A stretch of 64,000 nucleotides of DNA from Coraliomargaritaceae bacterium (GCA_045565695.1 JBJLEZ010000010.1:2001-66000), one strand, 5' to 3'; positions 19,581 to 29,559 are shown, numbered from the stretch's first letter. A program made the numbers and translations. The notes: a model not told the origin generated them from the letters alone.

Positions 19581-21368
19581 TTAATCATTGGATAGTTTAT
19601 AGAACTTAGCGGTTCCCAATGATTCTGTATAAGGGCTTTCCGAATCACCGGTAGATGACCATGTTTCTAAGTCATTAGAAGACTGAACTTCAAATCCGGC
19701 AGCATCAGACCATTGTATAGTAACATCTATTCCATTAGTACTAATTGTTAATGAAGGAGCTTCCGAAGGCGGTTCTACTTGAACATTTGGATCACTTGGG
19801 TCGTAATCATTAAAGTCATCTACACCATCACTATCGGAATCAAGTGCATCGCCGTACACATCAGTTCCATTTACCCCGAAGTACTCGAAAGCAATGCTTC
19901 CTGAGGATAATTGTAGTTTAACTGCACGGTTAAAACTTGTCGAAGGAACTGTGAATTTATTGACACCAATATTTAATGGTTTTGCTGGGGCGAAATAATC
20001 ACTACCGTTAGCTGTAGTTTTATAAATTCTGTAATCTGCACCACCTTCAGGTAGTTCAGTTACATTCAAAACAAAAGTTTTTGCTTCTTGGCTTATTTCG
20101 CCTTGCGCAATAGTTGCCGCAGTGTAAACCCAAGGCCAAATAGCTCCAGTTGCAGCAGAAAATGTTCCTTCTGGGTATGTTGAGCCATCTGGAGGACCTG
20201 CTGGAGCACTGCCAATAAGATAGGTTCCATTAACCACTAATTCATCTAGGGCCACATCTGCAGTTAATCTAAGCTTAACTGTTCGATCAAACGATACAGG
20301 AGTTACAGTAATTTGATTGGCACCAAGTACAAGCGGGAGATCATTTGTAGTGTAATCATTACCATTGGCAGTTGTCTTATAAGTTGAATAGGACGCCCCA
20401 TTTTCAGGTAATGCAGTTACGTTAAGGGCAAAAACTTGCTGAGCTTGACTGCTTGAGCCCTCTAATATGTTCGTTGACTCATAAACATATTCATAATTAC
20501 TGTCTACAGCCGAAACAGTATCAAAATAGTCACTCGCTAATTCAGATCCTACCGGAGCAGCAAACGGACTTCCGTCACTACCAACAAGATAGGTTCCGTT
20601 TACTACCAATTCATCTACAGCTAGATTTGAAGTTAACCTAAGTTTAACTGTTCTATCAAAAGTCACAGAATTTACAGTAATAACATTGGGGCCGATATTA
20701 AGCGAGACATCTTGAGCAATAAAGTCATTACCATTTTCGGTTGTTTTATATACTGAATAAGATGCCCCATTTTCAGGTAATGCGGTTACATTAAAAGAGA
20801 AAACTTGCTGACCCTGACTAGCAGTACCTTCAGAAGTGGTGGTTGAGGTATAAACATACTCATAAGCACCCGTTCCTGAGTAAATGTCGAAGTGTTGACT
20901 TGCTAATTCAGATCCTACCGGAGCAACAACGGAAGTCGAGCTTCCATCATCTTCTCCAACATAGAAGATTCCATTTACGGAAAACGCATCTACGCCTACA
21001 TGGTCGGATATTAGTAATCTTACTGTTCTTCCTTCTGCTGTATCAAAAGATACGCTATTAACAGAAATCGTGTTGCTGCCCAAAGTAAGCGGAGATGCTT
21101 CGGTTAAGTCTCCTTGTCCGTTATTATATGTCTTGTAGACTCTGTAAGTTGCTCCGTTTTCGGGAAGTGCAGTAACATTTAAGGAAAAAATTTGCTGATC
21201 TTGACTACTTGAGCCATCAGTTGCACTTGCTGATTCATACAGATATGGGTGTCCAGAATTAGCACTACCAGTAAATAAGGTACTCGTTGATACAGATCCA
21301 TCTGGAATATCAAGCGTTTCCTCAGATGGAAACTCAGATCCATAAAGACTCTCGCTATTCACAGCCAA
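19581..21368 (-). CDS. Secreted tandem-repeat protein, C-terminal portion (the frame stays open upstream to about 21700 with no start codon)
   Basis: The 595-aa ORF has four repeats of about 120-130 aa (...QQVF.LNVTALPENGASY.VYKT...FDRTVKLRL...VNG). These are followed by a TSP3-like Ca-binding stretch, DSDSDGVDDFNDYDPSDPN, and a C-terminal beta domain. A fifth repeat is encoded 5' of the TTG start used by the track. Confidence 0.7.
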   Translation of the reverse strand: MAVNSESLYGSEFPSEETLDIPDGSVSTSTLFTGSANSGHPYLYESASATDGSSSQDQQIFSLNVTALPENGATYRVYKTYNNGQGDLTEASPLTLGSNTISVNSVSFDTAEGRTVRLLISDHVGVDAFSVNGIFYVGEDDGSSTSVVAPVGSELASQHFDIYSGTGAYEYVYTSTTTSEGTASQGQQVFSFNVTALPENGASYSVYKTTENGNDFIAQDVSLNIGPNVITVNSVTFDRTVKLRLTSNLAVDELVVNGTYLVGSDGSPFAAPVGSELASDYFDTVSAVDSNYEYVYESTNILEGSSSQAQQVFALNVTALPENGASYSTYKTTANGNDYTTNDLPLVLGANQITVTPVSFDRTVKLRLTADVALDELVVNGTYLIGSAPAGPPDGSTYPEGTFSAATGAIWPWVYTAATIAQGEISQEAKTFVLNVTELPEGGADYRIYKTTANGSDYFAPAKPLNIGVNKFTVPSTSFNRAVKLQLSSGSIAFEYFGVNGTDVYGDALDSDSDGVDDFNDYDPSDPNVQVEPPSEAPSLTISTNGIDVTIQWSDAAGFEVQSSNDLETWSSTGDSESPYTESLGTAKFYKLSND

Positions 21369-21690
21369 TTGGTCAAATGAAGCTCCCCCTGATGCAGCAC
21401 TAAACTGGATTTTGACTGTCCGGTTGAAACTAACCGCAGGAATATCTATAGTATTCGTTCCATCGTTTAGGAGAAAAGGTCCAGTTGTGAAACCGCCCCC
21501 ATTAGCAGCTGTTCTATATATTCTGTATGACGCACCTTCTGGCAGCCCACTTTCTGTGAAATTAATTTGGACTTTTTGCGCAAGTTGAGATGCTTCTAAA
21601 TCAGTATTTTTAAGAGTGGTTGTTAGAATATGAGGATAAGATGCATTTTGACCTATTTCAAATAGATCGCTAGATCCTATCTGTGGAAAA
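19856..21690 (-). repeat. Five diverged tandem coding repeats (about 360-390 nt each)
   Basis: The recurring peptide block LNVT(A/E)LPE(N/G)GA.Y..YKT appears at aa 63, 192, 315 and 434 of the 595-aa ORF, and once more in the open frame upstream of it. Confidence 0.6.
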
Positions 21691-22089
21691 GATAGCAGAT
21701 ACTAAATCAAATGTTCCCGTCATGAAGCCATGAGAACTGCAGTAAAAGTATAAGGTATCAGTTGTTTGTAATCCAGTGAAATTGAGGGTAAAACTTTGTG
21801 AGCCTGAAATCCCACTTGTAGCACTTCCGTTCCCAGTTAGTACAATATTAGATGTCGATGCTGCATTAACCCCTACATCTGATACATAAAAGGGGTGTGA
21901 TGGAGCATCATTTAATCTGTAGAAGGTATACTCTTCATTAATATCTAATTCGGTAAGTGGTATATTACCGTTTGAATCAGTAAAAAAATCATAGAATGAG
22001 CCACTAAAGCTACCAGAGCTAACAAAAACATCTATGGCAGAAAGTGACGCACAGGAAAAAATCAGAGGGGTTAAGTAAAGTAGTCTCAT
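21670..22089 (-). CDS. Signal-peptide-bearing N-terminal fragment, probably the 5' end of the repeat-protein gene
   Basis: The track ORF starts at TTG 22101; the ATG at 22089 gives the signal peptide MRLLYLTPLIFSCASLSA. The ORF ends at 21670, inside the region where the downstream repeat frame is already open. Confidence 0.6.
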   Translation of the reverse strand: MRLLYLTPLIFSCASLSAIDVFVSSGSFSGSFYDFFTDSNGNIPLTELDINEEYTFYRLNDAPSHPFYVSDVGVNAASTSNIVLTGNGSATSGISGSQSFTLNFTGLQTTDTLYFYCSSHGFMTGTFDLVSAIFSTDRI

Positions 22090-22243
22090 CAATATACACA
22101 ATACTAGTTATAGATATATTGCAATAAGTTAATGCACTATTATGCACTTAATATTAATTGTTTTCTAGATTCCCATTGTTTTTTACTCAGGAATTAATTT
22201 TGAAATTTTAATTTAGAATTGTATGTTTTAATCCTAAATACTA

Positions 22244-23368
22244 TTAGTTTTTTACGACTCTAAATCCCATATGGTTGGAACTAGTATCGGGACTATTTTT
22301 CATTCGCGCGGCAGGGCGATATCCAGAACAGTAAGAATCATTACAAAGAAATGAACCACCTCGTATTACCCGCTTGGCTAAGTGAGGTTCTTGAGGGTCA
22401 TAGCTTACTTTGGGCCCTAGTGGATCAAGCGGTGGGCTTTCTAGTTTAGCACGATCCCCATAGGTGTCGCTATGGTACCAATCGGCAACCCACTCCCAAA
22501 CATTACCTGACATATCATAGAGTCCGTAGCCATTGGGAGCAAACGTCCTTACTGGAGAGGTTGCGGAATAGCCATCTGCATTTGTATTTTGGTTTGGGAA
22601 AGAGCCTTGCCAAGTATTTATAATAGGTTCTGTTTCTGAAATAGGCTGATCACCCCATGTAAAAACCCTTTGTTCTTTTCCTCCACGTGCGGCATATTCC
22701 CATTGGGCTTCTGTGGGTAAGCTCATGCCTTTCCATTCAGCATAAGCGAGGGCATCAAAATAAGAAACATGGACGACTGGGTGATTCATTCGATCTTCAA
22801 TTGAGCTTCCAGGTCCTTCAGGTTGCTTCCAGTTGGCTTTAGGACGCCACTCCCACCAAGCAAGTGCATTGTTAAGGGGTACAGAATAAGAAGGTGCTTG
22901 AAACACTAAGGATGCAGCGACCAATGCTTCTTTGGGTGGAGGGGGAGTCCCTGGCGGTAATAGCGGCATAATTTCTTCTAAGGTTGGTGCTTTTTCCGCA
23001 GTGGTTTGGTGGCCAGTGGCATCGACAAAGGCTTGAAACTCTTGATTTGTCACAGGTGTTTCACTGATCCAAAAGCCACTTAATTCTACAGGATGAAGTG
23101 GACGTTCATCATTTCTTGAACGTGCAAAATAGGGCCATTCTTTCATGAAATCAGCGACTTCTCCTCCCATTACAAATTTCCCTTTAGGTATCCAAACCAT
23201 GCCTTCATACTGGTTTTGGTTTGAATCAATCGAAGTAAATCGTGAAGGAATGGCATCACAACAGGGAGTGGCTTCTGAGTTTGAATCATCTAGGCGGGCG
23301 GGTACTTGGCTGTAGGCTGATTCGAATACAAGCAAGATTAATAAAAATTGAAGTAAAAGATGATTCAT
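22244..23368 (-). CDS. Formylglycine-generating enzyme (FGE/SUMF1 family sulfatase maturase)
   Basis: 374-aa ORF with a signal peptide. FGE-sulfatase domain motifs are MVWIPKGKFVMGG, NVWEWVADWY, RGGSFLCNDSYCSGYRPAAR and HMGFRVV. Confidence 0.85.
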   Translation of the reverse strand: MNHLLLQFLLILLVFESAYSQVPARLDDSNSEATPCCDAIPSRFTSIDSNQNQYEGMVWIPKGKFVMGGEVADFMKEWPYFARSRNDERPLHPVELSGFWISETPVTNQEFQAFVDATGHQTTAEKAPTLEEIMPLLPPGTPPPPKEALVAASLVFQAPSYSVPLNNALAWWEWRPKANWKQPEGPGSSIEDRMNHPVVHVSYFDALAYAEWKGMSLPTEAQWEYAARGGKEQRVFTWGDQPISETEPIINTWQGSFPNQNTNADGYSATSPVRTFAPNGYGLYDMSGNVWEWVADWYHSDTYGDRAKLESPPLDPLGPKVSYDPQEPHLAKRVIRGGSFLCNDSYCSGYRPAARMKNSPDTSSNHMGFRVVKN

Positions 23369-23489
23369 GATTTCTCTTAGAGATGCTTATATTCCAGTAA
23401 CATTGAAAAATAAATAAACAACTTTTTTGTTGATATAACATTTTTGAATCGTTGTATACACTTTTTAAATAAGATAACCTATTAATTGT

Positions 23490-24890
23490 ATGAGTGGATT
23501 TGACAGTGGTTTTTTGTGGGGTTCGGCAACTTCGGCCTATCAGATTGAAGGCGGAACGGCAGAAGGGGGACGAACTGATTCTATTTGGGATGCTTTTTGC
23601 AGGAAACCAGGCGCTATCCGAGACCAATCTTCAGGCGAAGTCGCTTGTGAGCACCTAAAATATTGGAAGCAAGATGTGGATCTGATGTCTCAAATCGGCT
23701 TACAAGCCTATCGTTTTTCTATTTCATGGTCGCGAATTATGCCCAATGGATATGGTGCCATTAACCAAGAGGGCATTGATTTTTATGATCGCTTAATCGA
23801 TGCGCTCTTAGAAAAAAACATTGAACCATTCATCACACTATTTCATTGGGATTTGCCTCAGGTACTTCAGGAGAAAGGTGGTTGGTTAAACCCTGAGATT
23901 GCTAAATGGTTCGGAGAGTATTCAGGAATTTTATCTGATCGATTCTCGGATCGAGTCAGTAATTGGTTCACTTTAAATGAACCGCAATGCTTTATTGGTC
24001 TTGGTCATTACGCGGGTCACAAAGCCCCAGGCTTAAAGCTTGGAGTAAAAGATTCTTTATTAGCGTTGCATCATTCCCTTTTGGCGCATGGTCATTCGGT
24101 AAGAGCGCTTAGGGATAATGCTAAAAAGCCGATAAAAGTGGGTCCTGTGCCTACTGGCTCTGTTGCGTATCCAACAGTAGATACGCCAGAGAATCGTGAT
24201 GCAGCCTACAAAGCCACTTTTAATGTCTTAGGATCAGAAGAAGATAAACATATGTGCCATCGTTGGAAAGTTCCGGTTAATCCTCTTTGGAATTTTGCTT
24301 GGTATACTGATCCAATTTTTCTAGGTGAATACCCCGAACATGGTATTGAAGCATTAGGCAACAATGTTCCAAAGTATACAGATGAAGAGATGGCTATTAT
24401 TAGTCAGCCGGTCGATTTTTGTGGTTTAAACTTATACAGCGGATTTCCTGTTCAGACAGATCAAGATTTAGGATGGGTCTGTCAAGAAAGACCTTTAGGT
24501 AATCCTTTGACCGCCTTTAAATGGTCAGTTACTCCTGAGATTATGTATTGGGGACCAAAGTTTTTTTATGAACGCTACAAGAAGCCTATTTACATTACAG
24601 AAAATGGTATGTCCGGGCATGACTGGGTGAATGATCAAGGTGAGGTCAATGACCCCCAACGCATTCAATTTCTAAAAGCATACCTCAAGCAGTATCAAAA
24701 AGCGGCAAGTGATAAAATACCAGTGAAAGGATACTTTCTCTGGTCATTGATGGACAATTTCGAATGGGAACAAGGTTATGAAGAACGATTTGGAATCGTA
24801 CATGTCGATTTTGAAACACAGGAGCGAAGATTAAAGGACTCTGCAAAATGGTATTCACAATGCATTGAGAGTCAGGGAAAAATTTTATAA
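23490..24890 (+). CDS. Glycoside hydrolase family 1 beta-glucosidase (cytoplasmic)
   Basis: 466-aa ORF with WGSATSAYQIEG, FTLNEPQC (acid/base Glu) and IYITENG (nucleophile Glu). No signal peptide. Confidence 0.9.
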   Translation: MSGFDSGFLWGSATSAYQIEGGTAEGGRTDSIWDAFCRKPGAIRDQSSGEVACEHLKYWKQDVDLMSQIGLQAYRFSISWSRIMPNGYGAINQEGIDFYDRLIDALLEKNIEPFITLFHWDLPQVLQEKGGWLNPEIAKWFGEYSGILSDRFSDRVSNWFTLNEPQCFIGLGHYAGHKAPGLKLGVKDSLLALHHSLLAHGHSVRALRDNAKKPIKVGPVPTGSVAYPTVDTPENRDAAYKATFNVLGSEEDKHMCHRWKVPVNPLWNFAWYTDPIFLGEYPEHGIEALGNNVPKYTDEEMAIISQPVDFCGLNLYSGFPVQTDQDLGWVCQERPLGNPLTAFKWSVTPEIMYWGPKFFYERYKKPIYITENGMSGHDWVNDQGEVNDPQRIQFLKAYLKQYQKAASDKIPVKGYFLWSLMDNFEWEQGYEERFGIVHVDFETQERRLKDSAKWYSQCIESQGKIL

Positions 24891-24922
24891 TAATCTTCTT
24901 ATATTCAGGTCATTTTAACCAT

Positions 24923-24954
24923 AAAAAAAGCACACTACGAATAGTGTGCTTTTT
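24923..24954. terminator. Bidirectional rho-independent terminator
   Basis: Stem aaagcacact (24927-24936) pairs with agtgtgcttt (24943-24952) around loop acgaat, flanked by an A-run and a T-run. It lies between convergent genes. Confidence 0.75.
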
Positions 24955-24984
24955 ATGAATGATTTGAGATTTTTAGCTATTTAA

Positions 24985-26670
24985 CTAAAGCCAATTCGAA
25001 AAGTAGAGATAGATTCCTAAAACACAACCTAAAACTATTATAGTACCTAAAATATCCCAATGGTTCCAACTTTCGCGAATTTCACGCTTATCTTCCTCAG
25101 TTAATGTATCATAGGAAAGTCCATTTGTGTCTATTGGCTCTTTGCTTTGAGTCATTATTGATGTAATTATCATTATAACTATACTAATTAGGAAGAGTAT
25201 ACCGGAATAATAGAGGAAGTTGAAATCAGCTATATTTTTCAATATGCCGAATTGTATCTCGTTAAAGCTAACAACGGCCTCGATTAACAGTTTTAGAATT
25301 CCTAAAATAAATCCACTGATTAATCCTACAAATGCTCCCGTTGCATTGGTTTTTTTCCAGAATAATCCAAGTAAAAATACTGCAGTGATTGGAGGCGCTA
25401 GGTAACCCGATACTTGCTGTAAGTATTTATAAATACCACCACCAGCCATAGCTTTCATGATAGGGATCCAAATTAATCCACAGATCACCACCGCACTCGT
25501 GGCTAATCGTCCGACAGAAACGTAATGCTTTTGTGATTTATTAGGCTTTAGCTTACTGTAGATGTCTAAAGTAAATAGAGTCGCACATGAATTAAAGAGT
25601 GAAGCAAGAGAGCTCATTAACGCCGATAACAGTCCAGCAACCACTAAGCCTCTTAAGCCTATAGGCAGTAGTGAAGATACCATAGTAGGAAATACTTGAT
25701 CGCCATCAATTCCTTCTGCTTTGCTTGGAATGACCATCAATCCTTTTTGGTGCAAAGCATAGCCAATTAAGCCAGGGATTAAGAAAATAAAGACCGGCCA
25801 AATTTTCAAAAAGCCTCCCCATAAGGCACCTCGTCGAGCATCTTTTAAGCTTTTTGCGGCAAGCGTTCGCTGGACAATATACTGGTCTGTACACCAATAC
25901 CAAATCCCTACAACGGGGGATGCGATCATTATCCCTAACCAAGGGAAATCATCATTTTTCCACCAAGGAATGCCTTCTTGGACAATGGGACGCCAAAGCT
26001 TAAATTGCTCTTTGTTCTCACCAAGGATAGATTTTAATTCGGTCCAACCTCCTAAAAGATCCAGCCCAATAAAAGTTATGAATAAAGAACCTATGATTAA
26101 AACAAAAGCTTGGAGCACTTCAGTATATAAAACAGCCCTTAGACCACCCATTATCGTGTAAATACCAGTTAGAATAACGGTTGTAATAGCACCAACCCAA
26201 AAGGCATTATCGGGAGATCCAAAAGTGTCGGGTAGCAATGTCATAAAGACTAAAGCGCCTGCATATACTGTTACGGAAACTTTAGTGAAAACATAGGCAA
26301 TCAGACTGACAATCGACAAAGTCCAGCGAGATCGAGAATCAAAGCGTTTTTCTAAAAATTCAGGCATCGTGAAAACACCACTTTTGTAATAAAAAGGGAC
26401 AAACACCCATGCCAACAAGACCATGATCCATGCATGTAGTTCGTAGTGTGCCATGGCCATGCCAGAAGTGGCGCCATTACCTGCAAGACCTACTATATGT
26501 TCAGAGCCTATATTAGAGGCAAATAAGGAAGCTCCGACTACAAACCAAGCGGCATGACGACCTGCTAGAAAGTAATCCTTCGTGCTTTGCTGTTTTTTTG
26601 AAGACCACCAGGCGATTGAGCCTAGAATGACGAAATAAATTGCGACAATAATCCAATCGAGATTTTCCAT
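24985..26670 (-). CDS. Sodium:solute symporter family (SGLT-like Na+/sugar cotransporter)
   Basis: 561-aa polytopic membrane ORF with the SSF-type N-terminal region DYFLAGR...GASLFASNIGSEHIVGLAG. Confidence 0.85.
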   Translation of the reverse strand: MENLDWIIVAIYFVILGSIAWWSSKKQQSTKDYFLAGRHAAWFVVGASLFASNIGSEHIVGLAGNGATSGMAMAHYELHAWIMVLLAWVFVPFYYKSGVFTMPEFLEKRFDSRSRWTLSIVSLIAYVFTKVSVTVYAGALVFMTLLPDTFGSPDNAFWVGAITTVILTGIYTIMGGLRAVLYTEVLQAFVLIIGSLFITFIGLDLLGGWTELKSILGENKEQFKLWRPIVQEGIPWWKNDDFPWLGIMIASPVVGIWYWCTDQYIVQRTLAAKSLKDARRGALWGGFLKIWPVFIFLIPGLIGYALHQKGLMVIPSKAEGIDGDQVFPTMVSSLLPIGLRGLVVAGLLSALMSSLASLFNSCATLFTLDIYSKLKPNKSQKHYVSVGRLATSAVVICGLIWIPIMKAMAGGGIYKYLQQVSGYLAPPITAVFLLGLFWKKTNATGAFVGLISGFILGILKLLIEAVVSFNEIQFGILKNIADFNFLYYSGILFLISIVIMIITSIMTQSKEPIDTNGLSYDTLTEEDKREIRESWNHWDILGTIIVLGCVLGIYLYFSNWL

Positions 26671-26870
26671 TTATTTGAGGGTAGTATTGATAAATAGTAC
26701 AACTTTAAGAGGTGTATACAAAATAATTATTTGGAAAAAACAAGCATTAAATCTCCATTAATCACGTGGGCATTATTGCAAAATAGTGCAATGATTCATT
26801 TTCCCAGCATATTCATTTTTATTCATTTAATAATTGGCATTACTTTAATTATGTGCATTTTAATTTTTGA

Positions 26871-28670
26871 ATGTCGTTACTAAAACAATTAATTCTTTTA
26901 TCTTTCCTTTTCAATTTTCTAGATGCAGAGTCTTATCGTCAATGGATGAAATCTCATGACTTAAGAGAGGAAATTTATAATTATTATGGTGATTTTGACT
27001 CAGACGGAATATCTAACGCATTAGAATATTTCTTGGGAACCAATCCGTTACAGAAATCTAAGCAATGTTTGAGGCCAATGATTAAAGAGGGACTGCTTCA
27101 TATTGAGCATAATGTTAGTACTACTACTGAAGACATTGAAGTAGAGTATTTATGGTCAAAAGATTTAATTACTTACCAGACTAGTGGAGAGGCTTCTCCT
27201 GATGGTACCGTCGCTATTATTACTCAGACTCCCACAAATATTGGGCTTTCTTCAATTGCTGAGTCTACACCTTCTGAAAGCACTCGAGAAGTTTCAGCAG
27301 AAATAATCCAAGGCGAAGCAAATTCGGTTTACATTAAAATGGTTGTAACCAATACAGCTGTGGTTAGTTGGGGATCTGATACCGCATTAGGAGGGGCTTT
27401 ATTTTCTAACGCATCTACCATATCTCTTGTAGATACTAACTTAAATGTTTTATCTGGAACTGTTGCAGTAGATTTTGATCCTTACGGAGTATGGGGTTAT
27501 GCCCACTTAGACGAACAAATTTTAGATGTCGAGTTTACAGGTATACCAATGATTTTAATCGATACGCTTGATGGTAGTCAGGGATTAGTATCCTCTTCTA
27601 GTTGGAATGAGTTGCTTTCGGCTTCTGCTCCAAGTCCACCACCAGTAAATGCGTACAACATTGGAATTAATGATACTGCCGATACTATAATTGATTGGGG
27701 GGCATCATATAATCTTAACAATGTTAGAATTACTGATGGTACTGGAATCGGAAGCCAAGGTGTTTCTATTTATGTGGTACCTGAAGTAATTATTGACCGC
27801 CAGAGCCCAGAGCCAGAGCCGCCGGAGCCAGAGCCAGAGCCAGAGCCTCCTTTTCCAGAGCCAGAGCCTCCTTTCTGGGCTACACCATCTCCTGAAGTTT
27901 GTCCTGAATGTCTTTTCGCTCCCTTTGGTGGGACAGTTGCCATAAATGATACTTATGCGTTTCAAACAGATTTCTTTGGAGGACCTTCTGCAGAAACATG
28001 GGGAGGATTTTTATACAAAGATATTAACTCTGAATATCCTCTAACATTTGGTACTGGTGGAACAATAACCATCACTGCTAGACTCTACCCAACAACAAGT
28101 TTACAAGAAACGGACTTCTACTTGTTGCTAGGAAAAAATGATTTTCCTGATATAATTCCTTACTACATTACTGATCAAGTAACATTAATCGGAACGGGCG
28201 CGACGATCTACACGATAAATATACCGGCACAAGGGTTGAGGGAATTTAGCTCAGTTGCACTTTACATTGTACAGCAAGATTCACCTATAGTTATTGAAGA
28301 TATACAGTTTACTACGACTCCTGCAGTTGATCCTGTAGACCCAGTAGATCCAGTAGATCCTGTAGACCCAGTGGATCCTGTAGACCCAGTGGATCCTGTA
28401 GACCCAGTGGATCCTGTAGACCCAGTGGATCCTGTAGACCCAGTGGATCCTGTAGATCCTGTAGACCCAGATTTTTCAGAAATAATGCTCGCGATAGAAT
28501 CTCTTAAAGAATCGATCTCCGATTCTTATGACTACGTACTTGATTTATTTGATGCCTATCCAAATCTTGAAAATGAACTTCGTATAGTCGAGCGAAAGAT
28601 ATCTAAAGCATATCAAGTATTAGATAAGATTTATGAATCGGATAGAGGACTACTCAAATTTCTTTGTTAG
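26871..28670 (+). CDS. Secreted hypothetical protein with low-complexity PE and (VDP)n linkers
   Basis: 599-aa ORF with a signal peptide and an N-terminal TSP3-like motif, [19 protein letters not shown]. It has a [15 protein letters not shown] tract, 16 VDP units and a C-terminal coiled-coil. Confidence 0.7.
   Translation: MSLLKQLILLSFLFNFLDAESYRQWMKSHDLREEIYNYYGDFDSDGISNALEYFLGTNPLQKSKQCLRPMIKEGLLHIEHNVSTTTEDIEVEYLWSKDLITYQTSGEASPDGTVAIITQTPTNIGLSSIAESTPSESTREVSAEIIQGEANSVYIKMVVTNTAVVSWGSDTALGGALFSNASTISLVDTNLNVLSGTVAVDFDPYGVWGYAHLDEQILDVEFTGIPMILIDTLDGSQGLVSSSSWNELLSASAPSPPPVNAYNIGINDTADTIIDWGASYNLNNVRITDGTGIGSQGVSIYVVPEVIIDRQSPEPEPPEPEPEPEPPFPEPEPPFWATPSPEVCPECLFAPFGGTVAINDTYAFQTDFFGGPSAETWGGFLYKDINSEYPLTFGTGGTITITARLYPTTSLQETDFYLLLGKNDFPDIIPYYITDQVTLIGTGATIYTINIPAQGLREFSSVALYIVQQDSPIVIEDIQFTTTPAVDPVDPVDPVDPVDPVDPVDPVDPVDPVDPVDPVDPVDPVDPVDPVDPDFSEIMLAIESLKESISDSYDYVLDLFDAYPNLENELRIVERKISKAYQVLDKIYESDRGLLKFLC
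27801..27872 (+). repeat. Coding (ccagag)n microsatellite-like tract (Pro-Glu repeat)
   Basis: cagagcccagagccagagccgccggagccagagccagagccagagcct... is read directly. It translates to [24 protein letters not shown]. Confidence 0.8.
28326..28469 (+). repeat. Coding 9-nt tandem repeat, 16 units (VDP)n; the inner part is a perfect 18-nt unit gtggatcctgtagaccca
   Basis: 144 nt of gtNgaYccN units, in frame with the 26871 ORF. Confidence 0.9.
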
Positions 28671-29379
28671 AAAAAAGCTTTTACGAACACTTCGTAAGAT
28701 CAAGGTTAGTATTATAGATACGGTTGACCACCTGTCATGTATTTCTCATCCAAGAGCTTTTTTTAATAATAAGTCGAATGATGGTTATACAGGTAATTGG
28801 GATTCTCACAAAAGTCACTTCATGAAAAAGAAATTTTTCGAAAGACCTGATTACATTGAGCAGTATAATTTTGAAGATCTTTTGAACAGCTTAGAGCTAG
28901 TAGTTGATAATGTTAAAGAACTCAAAATTGAATTAAAGAAGATTGGAACTAAACCTACGGTTACAGATTACCAAGAATCAGAATACTGTCTGAATGATGA
29001 ATTATATGATATAGTCATTGATACCATACCAGATTTTCCAATCGATGATGAAACATTGGAAGGGGTAGTTGATTTGTCTGCTTGGCCCTTATTGATTGAT
29101 AAATTATTAGAGGAGCCTAATATAATTAATGAGCTATCAGAAGAGCCTTACATGATTGAGGAACTAGTTGAAGAGTTTTATTTCATGGAAGATGAAAATT
29201 ATGACGATTTTAATGAAATGAACGATCAATACAATGGCGCTCCAGATTGGATAACCAATTATAATAAACCACAAAAAAAGAAAAATTGGGATTTTTATTC
29301 TGAATTTGAATATGGTTTTAGAGAATGGGGAAATGGTCCCAAAATAAAAGCCTCTAATCCTTTCGGAATAGAGGCTTAA
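28633..29379 (+). CDS. Hypothetical acidic protein; possibly the frameshifted continuation of the 26871 gene
   Basis: The 248-aa ORF overlaps the preceding ORF by 38 nt in the +1 frame. It is very acidic (EEPNIINELSEEPYMIEELVEEFYFMEDENYDDF). No recognisable family. Confidence 0.45.
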   Translation: MNRIEDYSNFFVRKKLLRTLRKIKVSIIDTVDHLSCISHPRAFFNNKSNDGYTGNWDSHKSHFMKKKFFERPDYIEQYNFEDLLNSLELVVDNVKELKIELKKIGTKPTVTDYQESEYCLNDELYDIVIDTIPDFPIDDETLEGVVDLSAWPLLIDKLLEEPNIINELSEEPYMIEELVEEFYFMEDENYDDFNEMNDQYNGAPDWITNYNKPQKKKNWDFYSEFEYGFREWGNGPKIKASNPFGIEA

Positions 29380-29382
29380 AGA

Positions 29383-29458
<76 letters not shown>

Positions 29459-29483
29459 TAGGTAAATTAAATATTAAACTGTT

Positions 29484-29559
<76 letters not shown>

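Noticed and set aside
21361-21780. My hand translation of the printed lines 21361-21780 appeared offset by one base from the ORF track, with an apparent extra c at 21361 and a missing a at 21780.
   Set aside because: Both discrepancies fall exactly on line boundaries, and coordinates on either side agree with the track. I treat this as a reading or formatting artefact and followed the ORF-track frames. Positions quoted in this interval may be off by one.
28326-28469. A regular short repeat array that could look like a CRISPR or minisatellite.
   Set aside because: The units are 9/18 nt with no spacers, sit in frame inside a long ORF and encode (VDP)16. This is a coding tandem repeat, not a CRISPR array.
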